NCBI GenBank assembly: GCA_016722565.1
Contig: JADKIU010000007.1
Location: 303,679 to 367,678, forward strand
Direction: 5' to 3'
DNA from: Bacteroidota bacterium
Lineage (GTDB): Bacteria; Bacteroidota; Bacteroidia; 2-12-FULL-35-15
DNA length: 64,000 bases
Part shown: one piece after another, positions 51,188-60,113 of the stretch
Layout of the letters: every line of letters starts with the position of its first letter
Numbering within the stretch: the first letter of the stretch is position 1
Notes under the pieces: generated by a model
Seen by the model: the letters and a program-made list of their open reading frames with translations, nothing else
What the model was told of the DNA's origin: nothing
The model's database searches: none
Translations under genes and position numbers: made by a program

Positions 51188-51922
51188 ATGTTTTATTATA
51201 AAAAGTGGGCAATCGTCATTCCAATGGCAAATGAAGAACAGGATTTCAAGCCTTTTATTGAAATGCTCAACTTTGTTATTGATGAACTAAATCCCGGAAG
51301 TGTTTATTTTATCATTGATAAAGCATCTACAGATAAAACGCTCGAACTCTCTCAAGCCCTATCTGCAAAAGATTCAAGATATGTTACTGTTTGGTCGCCC
51401 GAAAACAAAAATGTGGTGGATGCTTATGTAAAAGGATTGCGTGTAGCTTACGAAGCTGGTCATGAAATCATCATTGAAATGGATGCCGGTCTTTCACACG
51501 ACCCTCGTGCCATTCCAATGTTTTTACGTGTACTCAACGAAGGAAACGAATGCGCATTCGGCAGTCGATTTATTAACGGAGGCTCCATGGGCGATTCACC
51601 GTTCAAACGCAGAATGCTTTCTAAAACCGGAACCATCTTGGCAAACTTGTTATTGGGCACGAAATTACGTGATATGACATCCGGCTACCAAGGTTTTCAT
51701 CGGGATGTGGTAGGAAAAATCATTAATCACAAATTTAAATCAAAGGCACATTTCTATCAAACAGAATTACGTTATTTGTTAAGAAAACGAAGAACATTTG
51801 AGGTGCCCATTCACTACCAAGCTCCTTCCCCACGTGTTTCTAAAAATGCCATAAAAAATGCTTACCAAACTTTATTTTATTATTTCATTCAACGACTGCG
51901 TGGAAACAAACCAACATTGTAA
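51188..51922 (+). CDS. GT2-family polyprenol-phosphate glycosyltransferase (DPM1 / GtrB / ArnC-like)
   Basis: Contains IVIPMANEE, EMDAGLSHDP, GSRFINGG and DMTSGYQGF, in the spacing seen in polyprenyl-phosphate sugar transferases. Confidence 0.7.
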   Translation: MFYYKKWAIVIPMANEEQDFKPFIEMLNFVIDELNPGSVYFIIDKASTDKTLELSQALSAKDSRYVTVWSPENKNVVDAYVKGLRVAYEAGHEIIIEMDAGLSHDPRAIPMFLRVLNEGNECAFGSRFINGGSMGDSPFKRRMLSKTGTILANLLLGTKLRDMTSGYQGFHRDVVGKIINHKFKSKAHFYQTELRYLLRKRRTFEVPIHYQAPSPRVSKNAIKNAYQTLFYYFIQRLRGNKPTL

Positions 51923-51932
51923 TTAATTAAAT

Positions 51933-52940
51933 ATGTCTAAGTCACTAATCATCACTTCCATTGCAAATGATCAACATCCGATCTTAAAACAGTTTGCAAA
52001 AGAATGTAAAGAAAACCATTTGGATTACATTGTTATAGGCGATACAAAATCTCCTGCAGATTTTAAATTGGAAGGCTGCGACTATTGGAGTGTTGAACGT
52101 CAACTCACGCTCCCTTTTGAATTAGCTAAAATCACTCCCACTCGTCACTATTCCCGAAAGAATTTAGGCTACCTACTAGCGATTAAAAATGGATCTACCG
52201 AACTGGTTGAAACCGATGATGACAATATTCCAAGACCAGAATTTTGGGAAGAAAAAAAACGTGAAGTAAAAAGTCATGTGTTTGAAAACACAGGATGGGT
52301 GAATGTTTACCATTATTTCACAAAGAATATGATTTGGCCGCGCGGGTTTCCGTTGGAAGAATTACAAAACAAACAAATTGAGCTTTCTACTTTAAAAAAC
52401 ACTGCCGTCAATTGCCCTATTCAACAAGGCTTAGCAGATGAGAATCCGGATGTGGACGCTGTTTATAGATTAACATATCCGTTACCATTAAATTTTGAAA
52501 TCAAAAACAAACTGGCGCTCGGAAAAAATGCATGGAGCCCGTTTAATAGTCAAAATACACACTGGTTCAAAGAAGCATTTCCACTGATGTATCTTCCTTC
52601 CTTTTGCAGTTTCAGAATGACGGACATCTGGAGAAGTTATGTAGCGCAGCGCATTGCGTGGGAATGCGGCTGGAGCGTATTGTATCACGAACCTACTGTT
52701 TGGCAGGAACGCAATGCTCACAATCTGATGAAAGATTTTGAAGACGAAATTCCCGGGTACTCAAACAATTTAAACATCTGCAAAGAATTACAGGGATTAT
52801 CGCTAAAACCCGGACAAGAAAACATCTACGATAATTTAATTACGTGTTACCAAAAATTAATCGATATCAATGTTGTTGGGAAAGAAGAAATGGGCCTTCT
52901 AAAAGCCTGGATAAGCGACATTAGTAAGTTGAAAAATTAA
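51933..52940 (+). CDS. hypothetical protein, possibly associated with the adjacent glycosyltransferases
   Basis: 335 aa, soluble, no confident family. It sits between the GT2 gene and the convergent GT-C gene. Confidence 0.55.
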   Translation: MSKSLIITSIANDQHPILKQFAKECKENHLDYIVIGDTKSPADFKLEGCDYWSVERQLTLPFELAKITPTRHYSRKNLGYLLAIKNGSTELVETDDDNIPRPEFWEEKKREVKSHVFENTGWVNVYHYFTKNMIWPRGFPLEELQNKQIELSTLKNTAVNCPIQQGLADENPDVDAVYRLTYPLPLNFEIKNKLALGKNAWSPFNSQNTHWFKEAFPLMYLPSFCSFRMTDIWRSYVAQRIAWECGWSVLYHEPTVWQERNAHNLMKDFEDEIPGYSNNLNICKELQGLSLKPGQENIYDNLITCYQKLIDINVVGKEEMGLLKAWISDISKLKN

Positions 52941-52943
52941 CTA

Positions 52944-54629
52944 CTAATATTTTATTTCGTATAACTCACACTTCTCCTTTGTACCAATTGTTTTTACCAA
53001 ACGGATCTTCTGTGGATATTTTTGATATACAGGTCCAATCATACGATGGATTGTATTGATAACTCTTCCGTTATTTTTCTTTGGGTTCATCCTTAAATTT
53101 GATAGAATCACATATTGCACTTCCAGTTTTTTCCAATCCATCAAAACCGTATCTGCATCCATGGATGTTGTAATAAATTGACCAAGAAATTTTTTTCCAT
53201 CCCCATATAAAAAAGACATAGCTGGCTTACGAGACAAAACAACTGCACTGTCAGGCAAACTATCTGCACAGTACTTGCTCATCTTTAAGAAATTTTCCCA
53301 ATCGGGTGTATAGCCGTAATAAATATCTCCGGCCAAATTTTTTCTGAAAGAAGTAATTTTACTTTTATCTATTGCTGATATTTTAATAGTATACAGCAAC
53401 ATTCCGCCAGCAAAAAGTACAAATACAACTTGCATCATCGAGTACTTTTTTATCAACTCATAAATTCCATAAAAGAACAAAAGGAATATTAAATGCACTA
53501 CGATTACTATCAATCTGTCTTGCATGTTATTTGACTGAACACCTAGAAATATACCCCCACACAGCACTATAAAATAAATACTGGAGAAAAATATAAACTT
53601 GTTCTTTTTAAAACTTAAGAACGTGAAAATTCCAATCAGCACCGCAGTGATATATGCAAACTGAGGAACTATACTTGCTAATTCATACGCATCTTTTCTT
53701 AAATTCATAATACGATAAATGTGCAACGACATATACGTATTAAAATTATTAAAGAAACGATCAGCCATTCCTGAAAAATCTTCATGCCCACTAATTGGTT
53801 TGTACAACTCTTTTCGAAGCATCATCTCCAACTGATTGGTTTCATTTGCACCAAACATTGCAGTAGTAACAAATTGATAAATCATTCGGATAACAAAAAA
53901 TGCTACCACTGCATATATTACTTGTTTGTAATTCTTTTTCAACAGAAAATAAGCTGCAACTCCAACAATTGCAACAACAGCAACACTCTTTGAAATCGTT
54001 AACAAAACAAACAATAATCCGAAGATGATCCATTTAAGATAATTCTGTTTGAGATCTTCTAAAAGACTTTGGTTGTCCTTAATTCCGTCAATAATTTTAA
54101 AAACAATATAAAAGCAAACCGACTGAACAAAAAGGAAAAATGTTTCTGTAAATGTTTGACTGGCATAATATTGAATAAAATGATTGAATGAGATGAATGA
54201 AATGAGCGCAAAAAGAACAGTATAAGGAATTCATTTTACAAATGCTTTATACGTAAACCAAACAAATCCAAAGTGGCAGACCACTGAAGACATTTTTAAT
54301 GCAATTACATTGAGTCCGAATAGTTTTACGACTATGGATAAAAAAATAGGATAACCCGGTCCTTGAAAATAAGGAAATTTGTTTTCGTGCAACAAGGACC
54401 ACGCTCGCTCTATATAGGAAGAATCATCACCACCATCCGATACTTTTGCGTCAAAAAGTATAAAGGAAAAAATAGTGGAAAAGAACAGAAGAGAATAAAA
54501 AACTTTTTTATCGTTTTTCTCAAACCAATTATTTAATCGATCAAAAAGTTCCAACTTGTTTCTACTTTGCGCAGCAGTCCCTTTTGATGTACTAATTGTT
54601 TTTGATTGGTGCTTTTCTTTTTTTGACAT
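52944..54629 (-). pseudogene. GT-C-fold membrane glycosyltransferase (GT39 / ArnT / PMT-like) carrying an in-frame TGA at 54231-54233
   Basis: Track ORFs 54231..54629 and 52944..54014 are in the same frame. The stretch between them translates as a continuous hydrophobic segment (IPYTVLFALISFISFNHFIQYY...) that runs into LFVLLTISKS. The N-terminal loop has the D-rich motif SDGGDDSSYIERAWSLL. Overall the protein has about 11 or 12 transmembrane helices. Confidence 0.6.
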
Positions 54630-54760
54630 ACATTCATTCTGTTTAAACCACCTAAAATTAATTAAAAAACAGATAAATCAAAATAATACCCTAGTTTAAG
54701 CCGTTTAGTGTTGTCTCATTCACAGATAAGCCTTACTTTTACTCTATAAAGTTACATTTT

Positions 54761-55804
54761 ATGTTAGAAAATACAGGCCGAACAGAATTAAGCAGCTTGG
54801 GTGAATTTGGATTAATCAAACACCTCACTCAATTTATTGAAATAAAAAACGAAAGTACCATCAAAGGCATTGGAGACGATGCAGCGGTAATCGATTATAA
54901 AAACAAACAAACGGTTGTTTCTACCGACATGCTTGTTGAAGGAGTTCATTTTGATTTGGCATACATGCCATTAAAACATCTAGGTTTCAAATCGGTTTCT
55001 GTCAACCTTTCTGATATCTATGCAATGAATGCAACACCTAAACAAATTACCATCTCTTTGGCTATCTCCAACCGTTTTTCAGTTGAAGCCTTGGAAGAGC
55101 TCTATGCAGGTTTTATGATGGCTTGCAAAAAGCACAATGTTGATATCATCGGTGGCGACACTACCACTTCTAAATCAGGATTGGTGATTAGCATAACCGC
55201 AATTGGTGAAGCGAATGCCGAAGATCTTGTTTACCGAAACACAGCAAAAGAAGGAGATTTACTTTGCGTAACTGGCGACTTAGGCGCTGCCTATGTAGGT
55301 TTGCAATTACTAGAAAGAGAAAAAAGAATTTTTATGGAATCTCCCGGGGTGCAACCAGATTTGGAAGGCAATGACTATATTTTAGAACGCCAATTAAAAC
55401 CGGAAGCTAGAAAAGACATTCCCGTTCTATTAAAGAAACTAGAAGTGAAACCCACTGCAATGATTGATGTATCGGATGGATTATCTTCTGAAATATTACA
55501 CATCGCTTCTCAATCAGGAGTCGGATGTAACTTATACGAAGAAAAAATACCAATCGACCCATCCACCTATAACATGGCCCGTGAGTTTAATTTAGATCCA
55601 ACTATTTGCGCACTGAGCGGTGGGGAAGATTATGAATTATTATTCACCATCGACCCATCGGATTTTCCAAAAGTAAAAGCGAATCCTGACATCACAGTTA
55701 TTGGTCACTTAACAAATAGCAAAGAAGGTGTAAATTTAATTTCGAAAGCTGGTACCTCAATCACACTCACTGCCCAAGGCTGGGATTCGCTTTTAAAAAA
55801 ATAA
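54761..55804 (+). CDS. thiL: thiamine-monophosphate kinase (AIR-synthase-related fold)
   Basis: Contains GDDAAVI and DMLVEGVHF. 347 aa. Confidence 0.7.
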   Translation: MLENTGRTELSSLGEFGLIKHLTQFIEIKNESTIKGIGDDAAVIDYKNKQTVVSTDMLVEGVHFDLAYMPLKHLGFKSVSVNLSDIYAMNATPKQITISLAISNRFSVEALEELYAGFMMACKKHNVDIIGGDTTTSKSGLVISITAIGEANAEDLVYRNTAKEGDLLCVTGDLGAAYVGLQLLEREKRIFMESPGVQPDLEGNDYILERQLKPEARKDIPVLLKKLEVKPTAMIDVSDGLSSEILHIASQSGVGCNLYEEKIPIDPSTYNMAREFNLDPTICALSGGEDYELLFTIDPSDFPKVKANPDITVIGHLTNSKEGVNLISKAGTSITLTAQGWDSLLKK

Positions 55805-55805
55805 A

Positions 55806-58772
55806 ATGGCCTCATTGATGAAAATAAAACAACTTCTCCTTTATTTTTTCATCTTGCTTACTTTCACCGGTGAAGCACAATCCACGTTTTTTCGCAACTA
55901 CTCCGTTGAAGATGGATTACCGTTCATCAATGTATCCGCTATTTTTCAAGATAGAAAAGGAAATTTATGGAGTAGCGGATATGGCGGATTAAGCAAATTT
56001 GACGGAATTTCCTTTACCAACTTTGCCCCTAAAGACGGATTACTCAATCACTTTGTAACCACCATCTGCGAAGACAATCAAGGAAATCTTTGGGTTGGAA
56101 GTATCAGCGGCATAAATAAATTTGATGGCAAAACATTTACCGGGTTTACAACTAAAAATGGGCTCATCCACAACTCAATTACCTCGTCCTTAAAAGATAA
56201 AGCAGGAAATATCTGGTTTGGAACAGAAAAAGGATTAAGCAAATTAGCAGATGGCTCATTTATTAATTTTTCAAAAAAAGATGGACTCGTTGGTAATTTT
56301 ATTAAATGTTTGTTCCAAGACAAAGAAGGGAAAATTTGGATAGGCACAAATGATGGCATCAGTATTTTTGATGGAAAAACGTTTACCTCCATTACCACCG
56401 CCAATGGTTTGTTATCAAACGAAATTTCAGCAATCACCCAAGACAAACAAAATAATTTTTGGGTTGGTACTTCCAATGGAATTTGCAAAATCAGCAACAA
56501 TACATTTACCACTTATACAATTGAACAAGGACTAACAGACAATAACGTAACTTCACTTTTAGTCGATAATAAAAATACACTTTGGATTGGAACCGGAAAA
56601 GGATTAGTAAAATATACGAATAATCAATTCACAAAATACTCCATTAAAAGAGATCAAAACAGTAATCTGGTAAGCTGCTTATTCGAAGATTTTGAAAACA
56701 ACCTTTGGATAGGGACTTATTCCGGCTTGTTTAAATACCGCGGTAATCCTTTTATTTCATACGGAATTCATGACGGACTCACCAACAATTTTATTTTTGG
56801 TATCACGCGTGATTCAAAAAACAATCTCTGGGTAGGATCGCAAGGTGGCGGACTTTTTAAATTTGACAATGGTGAATTTTTACAATACAATCAGGAAAAC
56901 GGACTGGATGCCAACGGAGTAAATATGATTTATGAAATCAGTCCAGGAATCCTTTGGCTTGCTACTGATGAAGGATTGAGGATATACAATGGAAAAACGT
57001 TTACAAAAGGTAATGATACTTCCTCTGTTTGGTCAAACGTAACCAATGTAATTTACAAAGACTCCAAAAACAACCTCTGGATAGGTGCTACCGGAAAAAT
57101 ATTTAAATACGATGGTACCAACTTCACCTTTTACCCTCTAAAAGGTTTAACTGAAAAATGTAATGTTTGGACATTTGTTGAAGATAAAAAGGGAACACTT
57201 TGGGCAGGAAGTTATTTAGGTGGAATTTTTAAGTTGGACGGCAATACATTTGTTGAATGCACACAACAGCTTGGATTAAAAAATGACTCTTATCTCGCTT
57301 CGTTAATTGACAAAGAAGGGAATTTATATTTCGGGGCGCTCGATGGTCTGTGGATGTTCAATCCTAATGACATGAGTCAGCCAGCAATGAATTTTAGCGA
57401 AAAAGATGGAATGAGTTCCGATTTGGTGTATTCACTCACATTTGGAAAATCAGAAAATGAAATTTGGATAGGAACCAATCAAGGTATTAATAAGCTTGAT
57501 ATTGCCCGTTATAAAGCGACCAAAGAAAAAAACATTATTCCTTTTGGAAAACAAGAAGGATTCTCCGGAGTAGAATGTAATGGTAATGGAACATTTGTAG
57601 ATCGGGATGGAGCCATTTGGTTTGGAACAGTTAATGGTGTAATCAAGTACGATCCGAATGAATATATCCCTAATCCCTTCGAATCAAAAATTAGCATTAC
57701 AAAATATCGTTTATTTTATAAAGACACATTGTTTACCAACAATATGCATTTGCATTATGATGATAACAGCATCACGTTTAACTTTTCCGGAATCTGCTTA
57801 ACCAATCCTTCAAAAGTAAAATACTCGCATATTCTTGAAGGATTTGAAACCAACTGGTCGCCACCCTCAAAAGATCGTTTTACTAACTACTCCAATCTAC
57901 CTCCGGGAACCTATACCTTTAAAGTGATTTCCTCCAACAACGAAGGGGTTTGGAATACTGTCCCCGCTACATTTACATTTACAATTGATCGCCCTTTTTG
58001 GAAAACCTGGATATTTATCATTGCATCCACCTCCTTTTTCATCATCGCGCTTATTCTTTCCATTCGTTTACGCATCAAACGGATTAAATTGCGTGAAAAA
58101 AGAAAAACCGAACTCAATAAAAAAATTGCAAACATCGAATCACAAGCACTGCGTGCACAAATGAATCCACATTTTATTTTTAATACACTCAGCTCCATTC
58201 AGCATTATATTTCCAATAACGATACGGATGCTGCATTAAAATACTTATCGAAATTTGCGAAATTGATGCGTAGAATCATGGACAATTCCAAACAACAAAT
58301 GATCTCTGTTGCTGAAGAAATCAACGCACTGGAATTATACCTCGAATTGGAAACCATGCGTTTTGATAAAAAATTCATACACACAATTACGGTTGATAAA
58401 GAAATTGACTTGACCTACGACCGCATCCCTTCCATGCTCATTCAGCCTTATGTTGAAAATGCGATCATTCACGGATTACTACCAATGCAAGGGAATGGTA
58501 AAATTTTAATTTCCTTGGAAAAACAAAACGACACGATTTTATGTACCATCGAAGACAATGGAATCGGTAGAGAAAAATCGAAAGAATTTAAAAAGAACAG
58601 AGTGCAACAACACAAATCCATGGGAATGAGTATTACTCAGGAGCGGTTGGACATTTTAAATTCCAGCTTGAATAGTAATATCAATGCCGAAATTGTTGAT
58701 TTGTTTGAAAACGGGAAAGCGGCAGGTACAAAAGTGAGATTAATCATCCCGTTGGAAACCAATGAATATTGA
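55806..58772 (+). CDS. sensor histidine kinase with periplasmic two-component-regulator propeller repeats and a LytS/YehU-type His_kinase domain
   Basis: Repeated NLW(I/V)GT..G motifs, a transmembrane segment, QMNPHFIFNTLSSIQHYI (PF06580), and an HATPase_c C-terminus. It starts 2 nt after the thiL stop. Confidence 0.85.
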   Translation: MASLMKIKQLLLYFFILLTFTGEAQSTFFRNYSVEDGLPFINVSAIFQDRKGNLWSSGYGGLSKFDGISFTNFAPKDGLLNHFVTTICEDNQGNLWVGSISGINKFDGKTFTGFTTKNGLIHNSITSSLKDKAGNIWFGTEKGLSKLADGSFINFSKKDGLVGNFIKCLFQDKEGKIWIGTNDGISIFDGKTFTSITTANGLLSNEISAITQDKQNNFWVGTSNGICKISNNTFTTYTIEQGLTDNNVTSLLVDNKNTLWIGTGKGLVKYTNNQFTKYSIKRDQNSNLVSCLFEDFENNLWIGTYSGLFKYRGNPFISYGIHDGLTNNFIFGITRDSKNNLWVGSQGGGLFKFDNGEFLQYNQENGLDANGVNMIYEISPGILWLATDEGLRIYNGKTFTKGNDTSSVWSNVTNVIYKDSKNNLWIGATGKIFKYDGTNFTFYPLKGLTEKCNVWTFVEDKKGTLWAGSYLGGIFKLDGNTFVECTQQLGLKNDSYLASLIDKEGNLYFGALDGLWMFNPNDMSQPAMNFSEKDGMSSDLVYSLTFGKSENEIWIGTNQGINKLDIARYKATKEKNIIPFGKQEGFSGVECNGNGTFVDRDGAIWFGTVNGVIKYDPNEYIPNPFESKISITKYRLFYKDTLFTNNMHLHYDDNSITFNFSGICLTNPSKVKYSHILEGFETNWSPPSKDRFTNYSNLPPGTYTFKVISSNNEGVWNTVPATFTFTIDRPFWKTWIFIIASTSFFIIALILSIRLRIKRIKLREKRKTELNKKIANIESQALRAQMNPHFIFNTLSSIQHYISNNDTDAALKYLSKFAKLMRRIMDNSKQQMISVAEEINALELYLELETMRFDKKFIHTITVDKEIDLTYDRIPSMLIQPYVENAIIHGLLPMQGNGKILISLEKQNDTILCTIEDNGIGREKSKEFKKNRVQQHKSMGMSITQERLDILNSSLNSNINAEIVDLFENGKAAGTKVRLIIPLETNEY

Positions 58773-58807
58773 TTGGAAATTTAAAAAGTATTATATTCGT
58801 AGTACAT

Positions 58808-59557
58808 ATGATAAAAGCAATAATAGTAGATGATGAATTAGGCGCACGCGAATCATTATCAAAGATGTTAGAAAAAAACTGCAAACAAATTGAAGTGGTT
58901 GCAAAGGTGGATTCGATGCTAAGTGCATTTGAAGCAATTACTAACAAGGAACCTGATTTGGTATTTTTAGACATCGAAATGCCGAACGGGAATGCGTTTG
59001 ATTTACTCGAAAAATTTAAAAAAATCAACTTTAACATCATCTTTACCACAGCTTATGATCATTATGCTATCAAAGCGATTAAATTTAGCGCCATTGATTA
59101 CATTCTAAAACCAATTGACCCCGAAGAGCTTGTAAATGCCGTAAGACGATTTGAAGGCCAACACGGGCAAAAAGAGTCGCTCGATAAACAATTCAAAACA
59201 CTCCTTTCCAACGTAAAGCCTGAAAATAAACTCAAAAAAGTAGGTATTCCTGACGGAGACGGACTTATTTTCATTAACCTTTCAGATATCATTCGCTGTG
59301 ATTCAGACGGCAATTACACCTTTTTTATTCTTACCAATGGCAAAAAAATCATCGCCTCCCGCACCCTAGGGGAATACGAACAAATGTTTGCCGATGACAA
59401 TTTCTTCCGCATCCACCGCTCCCACTTAATCAATCTCGAGCACGTAAAAAAGTACATAAAAGGAGAAGGCGGATACGTTGTAATGTCCGACAATTCACAG
59501 GTTGAGGTCTCCAGACGTAACAAAACCGATTTCCTCGAAAAACTATCCCATTTATAG
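58808..59557 (+). CDS. LytTR-family response regulator
   Basis: The receiver domain has IIVDDE...DLVFLDIEMP. The C-terminal LytTR domain ends ...FFRIHRSHLINLEHV. The ATG at 58808 is in frame with track ORF 58769. Confidence 0.85.
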   Translation: MIKAIIVDDELGARESLSKMLEKNCKQIEVVAKVDSMLSAFEAITNKEPDLVFLDIEMPNGNAFDLLEKFKKINFNIIFTTAYDHYAIKAIKFSAIDYILKPIDPEELVNAVRRFEGQHGQKESLDKQFKTLLSNVKPENKLKKVGIPDGDGLIFINLSDIIRCDSDGNYTFFILTNGKKIIASRTLGEYEQMFADDNFFRIHRSHLINLEHVKKYIKGEGGYVVMSDNSQVEVSRRNKTDFLEKLSHL

Positions 59558-59715
59558 TAAAACCACTTACATTCTAATTCCTACCATTAAATAAGTGAAC
59601 CCGCCATTTACTCATTATGGGTATACTTATGCCTTTTTGTGTCGTAATATTGGTCAGAAGTTCATTCAAATAATGATTACATAACAAGAGCAGGTGTTGG
59701 GAGGTTTGCAACAAA

Positions 59716-59795
59716 ATTAATTGGCACATGGGGATGTTGTTTATATTAATTGGCAAACCGACCACACCTTAACTCAAAAAGAAAACAAATCCGAA
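59716..59795 (+). promoter_or_regulatory. conserved upstream element, copy A (core ACATGGGGATGTTGTT at 59726-59741, flanked by the direct repeat ATTAATTGGCA)
   Basis: It shares an exact 16-mer and extended downstream similarity with 62066-62150. In both copies the core lies about 178 nt upstream of a plus-strand ATG. Confidence 0.3.
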
Positions 59796-59858
59796 AACTT
59801 CCTTCCAAGAAGTTGAAAGGAATAAGATATAAAATAAGAAACTTAAAACTTTAATACG

Positions 59859-60029
59859 ATGGCAACAGTTATACTCGATTTTAACAATTTAAATTCAAAA
59901 GCCATGAACAGAAAAACATCAATCCGCCACGGACACAATTACCACCAAGAGGGTATCGGAACCGTAACCATTTTGTTAGCGATTGCTACAGTATCTATCA
60001 TTTTCTTTAGCATCTACAACGCATTTTAG
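59859..60029 (+). CDS. small predicted membrane peptide, His-rich at the N-terminus. It is missing from the ORF track because it is under 60 aa. An alternative start is 59904.
   Basis: Sequence MATVILDFNNLNSKAMNRKTSIRHGHNYHQEGIGTVTILLAIATVSIIFFSIYNAF. It has a conserved upstream element and is followed by the strong hairpin at 60066-60110. Confidence 0.3.
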   Translation: MATVILDFNNLNSKAMNRKTSIRHGHNYHQEGIGTVTILLAIATVSIIFFSIYNAF

Positions 60030-60065
60030 AATTTCATTTTTGTTTGTTTAGTTTAGTTTAGACCC

Positions 60066-60110
60066 CCGAGAGCGGTACCTTTGAGAGCAGGTGCCGCTCT
60101 CACCTTTTAT
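60066..60110. terminator. putative bidirectional terminator hairpin
   Basis: GAGAGCGGTAC-ctttgagagcag-GTGCCGCTCTC, then ACCTTTTAT. It lies between convergent genes. Confidence 0.5.
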
Positions 60111-60113
60111 ACC

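Noticed and set aside
54231-54233. The in-frame TGA in the GT-C gene read as selenocysteine, or as evidence of a TGA-sense genetic code (tables 4 or 25)
   Set aside because: Long ORFs throughout the window contain no other internal TGA, and Trp is encoded by TGG. A polytopic membrane glycosyltransferase is not a plausible selenoprotein, and I noticed no SECIS-like hairpin downstream. A nonsense mutation or a sequencing error is more likely.
59574-59765. Minus-strand ORF of 63 aa
   Set aside because: It lies in an intergenic region and overlaps the conserved upstream element. It has no signal or start context. It is more likely noncoding.
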